From: Gemmatimonadota bacterium
GTDB lineage: Bacteria; Gemmatimonadota; Gemmatimonadetes; Gemmatimonadales; GWC2-71-9
Direction of reading: 5' to 3'
NCBI GenBank assembly: GCA_031394255.1
Contig: JANMXA010000095.1
Coordinates: 1,505 to 65,504 of the forward strand
Length of the DNA: 64,000 nucleotides
The notes beneath the pieces are model-generated. The model was given only the letters and a program-made list of their open reading frames with translations. It was not told the DNA's origin and searched no databases. The stretch's first letter is position 1, and each line of letters opens with the position of its first letter. Made by a program: the position numbers and the translations under genes. Below, one piece after another: positions 10,050 through 19,861 of the stretch.

Positions 10050-10227
10050 CGTGGGGGCCGGACGGTCCAGGGCCCTTGACTTCGAAATCAACGCCGCCGT
10101 CGACGGTCGCTTCATCCTTCGCGCTGAGCGGATAGAGCACCCGGGCTGATCCGTCGGAGTTCATCCGCATGACCAGCAGATAGCCGCACGCCGGGCCGCG
10201 TGGTACCCTGACTCGAATCCGGCTCAA
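10050..10227 (-). pseudogene. Fragment resembling a DUF4384 domain
   Basis: RIRVRV..GYLLVMRMNSDGSARVLYPL..DEATVDGGVDFEVKG resembles the DUF4384 core; lacks signal peptide and remainder of domain; boundaries approximate. Confidence 0.55.
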
Positions 10228-11468
10228 CTCAGCGCGTCGAGCACCCGGTCGATGTCGGCCATGTCGTTGAAGACCGAGGGCGAGAGCCGGAGGTAGTTCT
10301 TACCGACCCGGGCGTTGATCTTCCTCGCCGCGAGCCGTTCGCCCACCCGCTTGTTCTCCTCGAACACGAAGCTGATCAGCGGTGACGTGGTTCCCGCCGG
10401 CGTGGCCGGACGGAGGCCGAGCCTCGGCATCTCGGCGTGAAGCCGCTCGAGCAACGGCCTCCGCCAGGCCTGGATGTTCTCGACCCCGAGCGACCGGATG
10501 TAGGGCAACGACGCGCCCAGCGCGGCCAGCGCCCCCAGGGCGTTGCTCCCGACTTCGAAATGGGCCGCGGCCGAGGTACCGAACTCCCAGGTGAAGGGTG
10601 CGGCGGCCGGCGGGTCGTAGGGCAGGAAATGGGTCCCGATGTCGGGTGACGAGTGGTACCCGAAGTGGGTCCGTTTGATCACCCGGTCGAGCAGCTCCTC
10701 TCGAACGTAGAGGAATCCGAGCCCGAAGTCCGCCATCAGCCACTTGAACGAGGCACAGGCGCAGCAATCGACGCCGGTGGCCCGGACATCGAGCGGCACC
10801 GCGCCCGCGCCCTGGATGATGTCGGCATAGACGTAGGCGCCGTGAGCGTGGGCCAGATCGGACACGGCCTTCAGGTCGTGCTCGAATCCGTTGTACATCG
10901 CCACCTGCGACACTTCGATCAGCCGAGTGTTCCGGTCAACGAGTTTCTCCAGGTCGGCCATGTCGATGCGGCCGTCCTTGGGCATCGCGATCCGGAGATC
11001 GAGGCCCCGCTGCTGCAGGGCCTGGAGATGAAGAATGGCGCCGTCGAAGTGAAGCGCGTCCGTCACGACGTTGCCGCCCGAGCCTGGAATGCCGAGCCCA
11101 TGCACGACCAGGTTCTCGCCCATGCTGGTGTTGGGGATGAAGCTGATCTCGTTCGGCCGGGCGTTGATCAGCGCGGCAAAATGGCCCTTCACGGCGGCGG
11201 ACAGTTCTCCCGAGTCGGGCATGGTCAGGCCGGGGATCGACCGCCTGGCCAGATGAGCCTGAACCGCCTCGACCGATTTGATCGGGAGCGGGTGGGTGTA
11301 GGCCGAGTTGATGAAAGTGATGTCGGACGGGATGGCGAAGTCAGCCCGGCGCGGGGAACCGGTGACGGCGCCCTCGAGCCCGGTCGGAGCCTGTCGGCCA
11401 CGGACCGCCGATGAGAGAGCGATACCACCCATACCGGCGATGAGGTCGCGGCGGGTCAGATCGAACAT
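10224..11468 (-). CDS. PLP-dependent aminotransferase class V-fold enzyme with Tat signal
   Basis: TRRDLI Tat motif; FINSAYTHPLP, YADIIQGAG, ASFKWLM (PLP Lys), LRLSPSVFN. Confidence 0.9.
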   Translation of the reverse strand: MFDLTRRDLIAGMGGIALSSAVRGRQAPTGLEGAVTGSPRRADFAIPSDITFINSAYTHPLPIKSVEAVQAHLARRSIPGLTMPDSGELSAAVKGHFAALINARPNEISFIPNTSMGENLVVHGLGIPGSGGNVVTDALHFDGAILHLQALQQRGLDLRIAMPKDGRIDMADLEKLVDRNTRLIEVSQVAMYNGFEHDLKAVSDLAHAHGAYVYADIIQGAGAVPLDVRATGVDCCACASFKWLMADFGLGFLYVREELLDRVIKRTHFGYHSSPDIGTHFLPYDPPAAAPFTWEFGTSAAAHFEVGSNALGALAALGASLPYIRSLGVENIQAWRRPLLERLHAEMPRLGLRPATPAGTTSPLISFVFEENKRVGERLAARKINARVGKNYLRLSPSVFNDMADIDRVLDALS

Positions 11469-11483
11469 CGGTCCTCCTACGGA

Positions 11484-13100
11484 TCAACGGACGGCGATCG
11501 TGCCCTTGAACAGGAGATGCACCTCGGGGTCGAGCATCACTTTGGCGGGCCGCGCCTCCGCGGGGATCGTGAAGCTCTGCCTGGGCGTGGTGACGGTCAC
11601 AGTTTCGATTTTGGTCTTCCCGTCGGCTCCCGTGAGCCCGAGCTCGAGCGGGAAACTGAACGGCTCGCCTGACTGCGTCTGGGTGACGTCCACCGCGATG
11701 TGCTTGCTCCCGGCATCGTAGCGCCAGGTCACGGCGACTTCGGGGATGCCGCCCCGATAGAGCCACTGGTGGAAGAACGCGGCCAGGTCCTGGCCGGAGG
11801 CCGTCTCCATCGCGGCCCGAAAATCATCCGTCGAAGCGACGCCGTCCTGGTGGCGCTGATAGTAGAGGCGGATCCCGTCCCAGAAGAGGTCGGTGCCGAT
11901 CAGGTTCCGGAGCATGTGCAGGGTCCAGGCGCCCTTCTGGTAGGTGAGCCCGTTGGTCACCTTGCTCATGTCCGCCAGCTGGTCGTGCACCACTCGATCC
12001 GCCGGATCCTTGGCCGTCAGCTCCGCGATCTTGTCCCGGCTCGCGATCAGGCCGGCGGCAAACTCGTCGCGGCCGTAGGCATGCTCGATGAACAGCAGCG
12101 TGAAATAGGTGGCGAATCCCTCGGAGAGCCAGACGTCGTCCCAGTCCGACTCGGTCACCGCGTTGCCGAACCACTGGTGGGCGATTTCGTGGATCACCAC
12201 GTTCCGCCACCGGAGCGAACGGGTGCCCGACACGCTCTCCTGCGAGTAGAAGATGCTGGACGCCGCCTCCATGCCGCCCGAAACGCTGTTGGACTGGACG
12301 TTGGCGAGCTTCTCGTACGAGTAAGGCCCGATCCACTCGCTGTAGAACGCCAGCACGTCGCGGGTCGGGAGGGCAAAGTCGTAGAAACCGTTGTCCCGCT
12401 CCTCGGCAAACACCCAGGTCTCGATCGGCACGCCGTGATACTCGCCCACCCGCGCTACGGCAAACGGCGCCACGCCGAGCGCGTAGAGCCACGGGGCAAT
12501 CGGCACGGACTCCTTCCAGACGGTTCGGCGCATGGCGTTGGGCAGGTCGGTCTCCTCCACCCGCGTGCCGTTGGCCACCACCTGGTACTGGGCCGGCGCG
12601 GTGATTACGAACTCCACGGTGCTCTTGTCGGCGATGTGGTCGATGGTCGGGAGCCAGTTCCGGACCTTGTCGGGCCAGTTGTCGCTGAAGAAGGTCCGGC
12701 GGCCGTTCCGGTTGGGCTTGATCAGCAAGCCGGTCACCGGGATCCCGTCGTACTCCACCGACACCGCAATCCGCTGGCCGGGCTCGGACGGCGACGGCAG
12801 CGTGATGGCCAGGCGGTCGTCCCGGTGCTCGAATCGGGTGGGCTGTCCGTCGACGCGGACGGCCGACACGGTCATTCCCTTACCGGGATGACTCGGCGCC
12901 GGCCGGGTCAGGTCGAGCTCGACGCCGCGCATACCGCCCGTCAGCAGCCTGATGTCGATGGTGGCGTGGCCGTGGATCGCGTCGGTGCTGTCGCTCAGGG
13001 TGAGCTCGAACCGATAGTGCTGGACGTCGAGCGGCTGACGGGGATAGGTATCCCGGGCGGGCGGAGCGGTCAGCAGCAAGGCAAGGAGAGCGGTCAGCAC
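11484..13100 (-). CDS. M1 family zinc aminopeptidase, secreted
   Basis: GGME exopeptidase motif, HEIAHQWFG...WLSEGFATY, YQKGAW; signal peptide. Confidence 0.95.
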   Translation of the reverse strand: MLTALLALLLTAPPARDTYPRQPLDVQHYRFELTLSDSTDAIHGHATIDIRLLTGGMRGVELDLTRPAPSHPGKGMTVSAVRVDGQPTRFEHRDDRLAITLPSPSEPGQRIAVSVEYDGIPVTGLLIKPNRNGRRTFFSDNWPDKVRNWLPTIDHIADKSTVEFVITAPAQYQVVANGTRVEETDLPNAMRRTVWKESVPIAPWLYALGVAPFAVARVGEYHGVPIETWVFAEERDNGFYDFALPTRDVLAFYSEWIGPYSYEKLANVQSNSVSGGMEAASSIFYSQESVSGTRSLRWRNVVIHEIAHQWFGNAVTESDWDDVWLSEGFATYFTLLFIEHAYGRDEFAAGLIASRDKIAELTAKDPADRVVHDQLADMSKVTNGLTYQKGAWTLHMLRNLIGTDLFWDGIRLYYQRHQDGVASTDDFRAAMETASGQDLAAFFHQWLYRGGIPEVAVTWRYDAGSKHIAVDVTQTQSGEPFSFPLELGLTGADGKTKIETVTVTTPRQSFTIPAEARPAKVMLDPEVHLLFKGTIAVR

Positions 13101-13107
13101 GATTGGC

Positions 13108-14759
13108 TCAGATCCGGTGGAGGAGGATGGTTCCCTTGGGTGAACCCTTGACCCGGCCCCGAATCCGGATCGTCTTGCCGATTTCCGGGACAGTGAGGGT
13201 CCAGACGTCGCGGCGGCCTTTCACTGGGCGGATCAGCTGAGGCGCGGCGGCGGATCCCATTCGCAGTTCCAGCGTCGGCAGAGCCGTCCAGCCGCCCAGT
13301 CCCACGAACCGGAGCCGGTACACCGCCGCCGCCTTGATCTTGGGGCTCAGGTCCACGTCGAACTCGCCGTCATCCCACTTGCCGGCGTCGTCATCGGCCC
13401 AGGCCGGCGCGGCCTCGCCCCAGTTCTCGGGAGGCGCGGCGCCGGTTTCGAAGGCGGCAAAGGTTCGGATCATCGGCACCCCGGCCGATTCGGCGATCCA
13501 GAGCCGGAGTTTTCGGGCCTGGGTCGGGATGACGGGATGAATCCGCTTGTGGCCGATGCTCGAGCCGGTGCCGAGGAGAATCCACTCCGATCCGGCCGAG
13601 AAGTCGAGCCGGTAACCGCGGACCCGTTCGCCGCCGCTCAGGTCTTCCGCCAGCACGACATGGTCGATCTTCCGGGTCTGTCCCAGATCCAGCACCAGTT
13701 CCCGGGCATGACCCTGCGTGGCGCCCGCCGGTGAGCCGAACCGGCGGCGGACCTCGTCGCCGAACTCCTTGACCCGCGCAACGTCGGCGGCGGGAATCTT
13801 CCCGGTCCGGTCCGGCGGCATGTTGAGCAGGAGCTGGCAGCCTCGGCCGACGGACCGGTAGTAGATCTCCATCAGCTGGGCCGTGCTCAGCAGATTCTTT
13901 TCATTGTCGGTGTGCCAGAACCAGTCGGGGCGCCGAATCGAGACGTCCACTTCGCTCGGCATCCAGGTATCGCCCTGGGGGTCGCCGTGGAGCGACGTGG
14001 CGACGCCGGTCTTGGCGTCGGCCCGGGCGATCGAGTTCCAGGCGGGGTAGGGGGCGAACCCGTCCTCGTTGCCGACCCACCGGATGGTGGCGTGCGGTCC
14101 CTGGAAGATCATCGAGGTCTTCGCGTGTTTGAGCAGGATGTCCCCGACCGGCACCACGGAGCTGCCGTCGAACCAGATCTCCACCATCTCGCCGTAGCGG
14201 GTCAGGACCTCGGTGAGTTGCTGGCGGCAGAGCCGGTTGTAGACGGCCTGCTTTTCCGGCGTCGGGCATTGACCGCTCTGGCCGGCGCCTAACGAATCGT
14301 CACGCGGCGAGAGGTAGACGCCGAGTCGGAGGCTCCGGTCCTTGCAGGAACGGGCCAGGTCGGCCATCACGTCGCCCTTGCCGCCCTTCCACGGCGTGCC
14401 CGCGATGCTGTAGCTGTTGGTGGTGGTCTGCCACAGGCAGAATCCGCCGACGTGCTTGGCCACCATCACGATGTAGCGGGCGCCGAGGGCCACGGCGGCG
14501 TCGGCCCACTGGTCGGTATCGATGTCGGGGGTGATCTGCGCCAGTGGCGTGGTGCGGTCGTCGTACTCCTGGTTCTGCCAGGTGTTGGGCGCAAAATGGA
14601 TGAACATCCCGATTTCCAGGTCGGCCCAGGCACGCTGCGCCGAGGTCGGCACCGCCAGCCGCGCCGGTGTCTGGGCCAGGAATGCGCCTGCACCTGGGAG
14701 CCCGATGGCGCCGGCGGCCGAGAGCCCGCCCAGCCGTTCGAGAAAATCGCGCCGGGAGG

Positions 14760-14763
<4 letters not shown>
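13108..14763 (-). CDS. Alpha-L-fucosidase GH29 (Tat-exported, with C-terminal CBM32/F5-8-like and extra domains)
   Basis: SRRDFL Tat motif; GMFIHF, AKHVGGFCLW, IWFDG nucleophile, RWVGNEDG, YYRSVGRG. Confidence 0.93.
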
Positions 14764-16057
<1,294 letters not shown>

Positions 16058-16061
<4 letters not shown>

Positions 16062-17359
16062 CGACGGGCGGGCTCCAGAATGAGTTCGATGACGAGGTCG
16101 GGCTCCGAGGGGCCGGGCGGGGCAATACCGAGCGCCACGCCGCCGGCCACCGGAGAGAATGTAGGGTGATCACTCCGGCCGACATACCCGGCCGAGCGGA
16201 CCTTCCGGTCGAGTCCGGTGATCGCGAGGACGGGGTCCTTCCAGTCGAGCACATGGACGAAGACTGTGTCCCCGCGAGCGGTGGTGACGCCCCAGGGCCG
16301 GGCGGGGATGGGGCCTGCCCGGGTGCCGTAGATCGAACGGCCGTAGCGGGAGAGCCAGTTTCCCATGGCGGTCAGGCGTTCGACGAATTCGGGCTGGATG
16401 GTGCCATCGGCCATCGGACCGACGTTGATCAGGTAGTTGGCCCCGGCGCCGGCGGCCTTCACCATGTTCCGGATCAGCGTCTCGGGGGACTTGTAGAGAT
16501 AGTCGTGCACCCGGTATCCCCAGGTGTCGTTGATCTTTTCGCTCACCTCGGACGGGTAGTGCCTCCCGACGGGCATGTTCCGGGGCCGCACGAAGGCTTC
16601 GTAGGTGACGTAGTCTTCGCCGGGGTGGGGCAGATCGTTGTGGTTGGAGACCACGAGCGCAGTGGGCTGGAGGCGTTTGATGAGGGCGTAGGTGTGATCG
16701 AGGTGCCAGTCCACCTGGCCGTTGTCCCACGCGCCGTCAAACCAGATGCCGGCCACCGGGCCGTACCTGGTCAGGAGTTCTTCCAGCTGTCCGTCCATCA
16801 AGGCCAAGTACCGGTTGAAGTCCCCCGATTCGGGGCGGCCGGATTTCTGGCCCGTTCCGCCGCGGGGGAAGTAGTCGAGGCTGTGCCAGTCGAGTTGCGA
16901 GTAGTATAGGACGAGTGGCATGCCATCGGCGCGGGACGACTGGGCCAACTCGGCGATGACGTCCCGTTTGAATGGGGTCCGGTCGATGATGTCCCAGTCG
17001 GTCAGCTTGCTGTCGAACATCGCGAAGCCGTCGTGATGCTTGGTGGTCATCGTGATGTACCGGGCGCCGGCTTTGCGGGCCAGGGCCACCCAGCTCGCCG
17101 CGTCGAACCGGGTCGGGTTGAATCGCGGGGCCAGGTGTTCGTACTCGGCTGAGGTGATGCTCCGGTTGTTCATCACCCACTCGCCGTCGGCGAGGAGGCT
17201 GTAGATCCCCCAGTGGATGAAGAGGCCGACTTTGGAATCCTCGAATTGGTTCCGGGCCGAGTCGAGGGGCGTGACCTGGGCGGCGGCAGGCGCGGCGGCC
17301 AGCAGAGCAAGGGCCGTGAGGAGCCTTGCCGGTGCGAAAAGCGCTTTGGACTGGGTCAT
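16058..17359 (-). CDS. Alpha-L-fucosidase GH29, secreted (paralog of 14760-16061)
   Basis: GLFIHWG, TKHHDGF, IWFDG, LINVGP; GAGGG RBS before ATG 17359. Confidence 0.93.
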
Positions 17360-17422
17360 GGGTGCCCTCAAGAGTGCAGCCATGAAGGCGAGTCTGCAAC
17401 GGGCGGGTACCGGATCCCGCAA

Positions 17423-18811
17423 CTAGCGGGTTTTCCGAACGGCGCGCTGGTTCCAAGGTCCGGGATTGAGCGTAATGCCGACCACTCGGCCCGACTCGCG
17501 GTCGAACCGGATCACGTCCCCGGCCGGCGCATCCACCAGAACGAGGTCTGGGCCGACCGGCACCAGGCGATAGTGGCGCCCCTCGTCGAAGTAGATCCGC
17601 CCCTTGCCGCTGAACACGCCATTCAGGCCGGCCGAGTCGACGGTGACCGAGAGGGTTCCGCCGTCTGGAAACACGAAGGCTCCCGCTAACTCGGCGCCGG
17701 CGCCCGCGGCCAACGGGCGCGGCGGCGTCGATGAAGGGGCAGGCAGCGCCGGAACGCTCGCGAGTACGGCGTCCCAGGCCACCTCCGCTGCCAGAGCGCC
17801 CAGCTCGATGGGCGCGAGTGCCGGATTGTCGACCTCGTCGGTGGTGACCGCGTAGAGAACGTCGCCGTCTTCCTCGGTTGCAAACGGCTGGATCGCCCGC
17901 GCCATCGAGGTGTGCACCTGCACGGCGAGCCGCTGGAGCGCCCACCAGGGCAGCTTCTGATTCGTGACCACCAGCGTGATGGTGGTGTTGCCGGTCGGGC
18001 CGGGCGCCCCGCCGTCGCTGTCAGCGTCCCCGCCCGGGGGTGTCCGGTCGATGTGGTTGCGGATCATCGTGGCGATCGGCGGGCACGGGCCCCGTTCCGC
18101 GTTCCGCCGGCACCGGACCACCCTTCCGTCGCGGTCCACCACGGCACCCAGTGCATTGACCACGGTGAACACACCGATCCTGGTCGGCCCGGACTGACGG
18201 AACGCGCCGCCCTGGCCGGAATGAGGCCAGGCCGCGTAGGGATCCGCCTTCGGCCCGTCGACGAAGAAGACGCCTTGCATCGCGAACCGCCCGGCCCCGC
18301 GGGCACCGAGTGGAAACCAGCCTTCCCGGGCGCTCCGGACCGCGGCCCGGCCGAGCCGATCGTCGGGGGTCACTCGACTGAACCGTCGTCCGCCGACATC
18401 GAAGATGATCGCGCCGAGCACGCCGGCGATGAAGTCCTGGTCCCCACCCTCGGCCCGCATCGTTTTGATCTCGTTAGCGACGCCGGTGGCGGCGGACAGG
18501 CCATACCACGATCCGCCGGAGAAGACGACCGCTTGCATTTCCTTCGACTCGTAGCCGAGTCGGACGGCGTCGGTGTTGAGCGTTCCGGGTGCTCCGCCTC
18601 GCACATCGACCGCCGCCTTTACGCCTTTCGGGAAATAGAAGACCGTGGTCCCCGTAGGTCCCTCCTCGTACTCGGCGACCCCGATCCGCATGCCCGGGAA
18701 ATCAAATCGGAGCGCGGAACGGGCGGAGTCAGTGCGCGGCGTCGGGTCCGCGGGGCGTTGGGCCACGGCGGGCAACCCCCATCCAACCAACACGAGCAGT
18801 AGTACCGGCAT
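17423..18811 (-). CDS. Peptidase S58/P1 (DmpA-like Ntn hydrolase), NylC-like, secreted, with extra C-terminal domain
   Basis: LRFDFPG..IG.AEYEEGPTG, DVRGGAPG, GNTTI autocleavage site, QVHTSMARAIQPF..DGDVLYAVTTDE. Confidence 0.9.
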   Translation of the reverse strand: MPVLLLVLVGWGLPAVAQRPADPTPRTDSARSALRFDFPGMRIGVAEYEEGPTGTTVFYFPKGVKAAVDVRGGAPGTLNTDAVRLGYESKEMQAVVFSGGSWYGLSAATGVANEIKTMRAEGGDQDFIAGVLGAIIFDVGGRRFSRVTPDDRLGRAAVRSAREGWFPLGARGAGRFAMQGVFFVDGPKADPYAAWPHSGQGGAFRQSGPTRIGVFTVVNALGAVVDRDGRVVRCRRNAERGPCPPIATMIRNHIDRTPPGGDADSDGGAPGPTGNTTITLVVTNQKLPWWALQRLAVQVHTSMARAIQPFATEEDGDVLYAVTTDEVDNPALAPIELGALAAEVAWDAVLASVPALPAPSSTPPRPLAAGAGAELAGAFVFPDGGTLSVTVDSAGLNGVFSGKGRIYFDEGRHYRLVPVGPDLVLVDAPAGDVIRFDRESGRVVGITLNPGPWNQRAVRKTR

Positions 18812-18854
18812 CGGTGACCCCAATTGGAACAGAACAGGTGGAATGGCCCGTGGT

Positions 18855-19268
18855 TCAGGCGAACGGGTTGACGACGGTCAGGCCTTCGATCCGCCAACCG
18901 GGGTGCAGGTCCTCCGAGTAGAGCCGGCTGCAACCCGCGGCTCGGGCCGCGCGAATGATCAGCGCATCCCAGAACGACACCTGATGCAGCCGGACCAGGT
19001 CGATGGCATCGGTGATGTCGTCCACGCCGATGCCGACGACCTCGAAGCGCCCGAACAATTCTACCTTGCGGCGGGCCAGCTTGGCATCGACGCCAAGCTT
19101 CCGGGTCGAGGCCACGAAGTATTCCTGCAGTACCTGGGTGGAGATGACGCCGCTCCGTACTCGCCGGTGTTCGGCCAGCAGTTCGATGGCCCGGTCCCGC
19201 TTGGCCGGTGCATCGGCGTCGTCGGTATAGACGAGGACGTTGCTGTCGAAGAAACTACGACCGGCCAT
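18855..19268 (-). CDS. vapC: PIN-domain toxin (VapC family)
   Basis: FFDSNVLVY, STQVLQEY, SFWDALI, LYSEDL acidic PIN motifs. Confidence 0.93.
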   Translation of the reverse strand: MAGRSFFDSNVLVYTDDADAPAKRDRAIELLAEHRRVRSGVISTQVLQEYFVASTRKLGVDAKLARRKVELFGRFEVVGIGVDDITDAIDLVRLHQVSFWDALIIRAARAAGCSRLYSEDLHPGWRIEGLTVVNPFA

Positions 19269-19482
19269 GGAGTTCCTCGCGGTCGAGACGCCGTCCGCCC
19301 GATCGGCCGCCCGCTTCGAGGGACAGCTTCCGCAGCTCGCTCAGTTCCGCTTCCATTTCTCCCTCCCCCGCCAGAAAGGCGAGATGATCCCGAATGACCT
19401 GATTGAGACTCTTGCCCATCGCCCGGGCCGCCTTGCGGGCCCGCTCGACGAGATCCTGGTCTACAGACAGCGTGATGTTCAT
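19255..19482 (-). CDS. Antitoxin, ribbon-helix-helix (DUF6364-like)
   Basis: MNITLSVDQDLVERARKAA..GKSLNQVIRDHL; C-terminal REELH; overlaps toxin start. Confidence 0.85.
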   Translation of the reverse strand: MNITLSVDQDLVERARKAARAMGKSLNQVIRDHLAFLAGEGEMEAELSELRKLSLEAGGRSGGRRLDREELHGRS

Positions 19483-19518
19483 GTCCACATAATATGTGGA
19501 CCCGTAATATTGTGTCAA
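19483..19518 (-). promoter_or_regulatory. Sigma70-type promoter and palindromic operator of the TA operon
   Basis: Minus strand TTGACA(19518-19513)-18 nt-TATTAT(19494-19489)-6 nt-ATG; perfect inverted repeat GTCCACATA-N-TATGTGGAC at 19483-19501. Confidence 0.85.
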
Positions 19519-19861
19519 TGGTGCCTCCCGGATCAAATGGTACCCCGGAAGCTGGGTGGTTCAGGGAAGATTCGGTAACCCCTTTGGCGCGAATGACATC
19601 GAAACTGTGCGATTGGTCCGCTTCCGGCCGGGGTCCATTGAGGAGGTCACCGGCGTCAGGCCCAATGTTGGCTGCCGCTGGCCGGCGGGAGTACAATCCA
19701 CTGTCGTTCCCTTCGCCCGGAGCCGCGGTATGCGCCCGATCTTCGTCATGCTCCTGGCCCCATCGCCCTCGGCGCACTGGGCCAGCCTCAAGCTGTTGCC
19801 ATCCGAATTTTCGAATGAGAATCCGCGGCTCACGATTCCGCGCGGGGACCGCCGCTAGGCG

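Noticed and set aside
10224-11468. Cysteine desulfurase (sufS/iscS) call
   Set aside because: No C-terminal catalytic Cys motif; Tat signal; no Fe-S cluster genes nearby.
19556-19858. 90-100 aa ORFs on either strand between the TA pair and ligD
   Set aside because: No RBS, motif or convincing composition; left unannotated.
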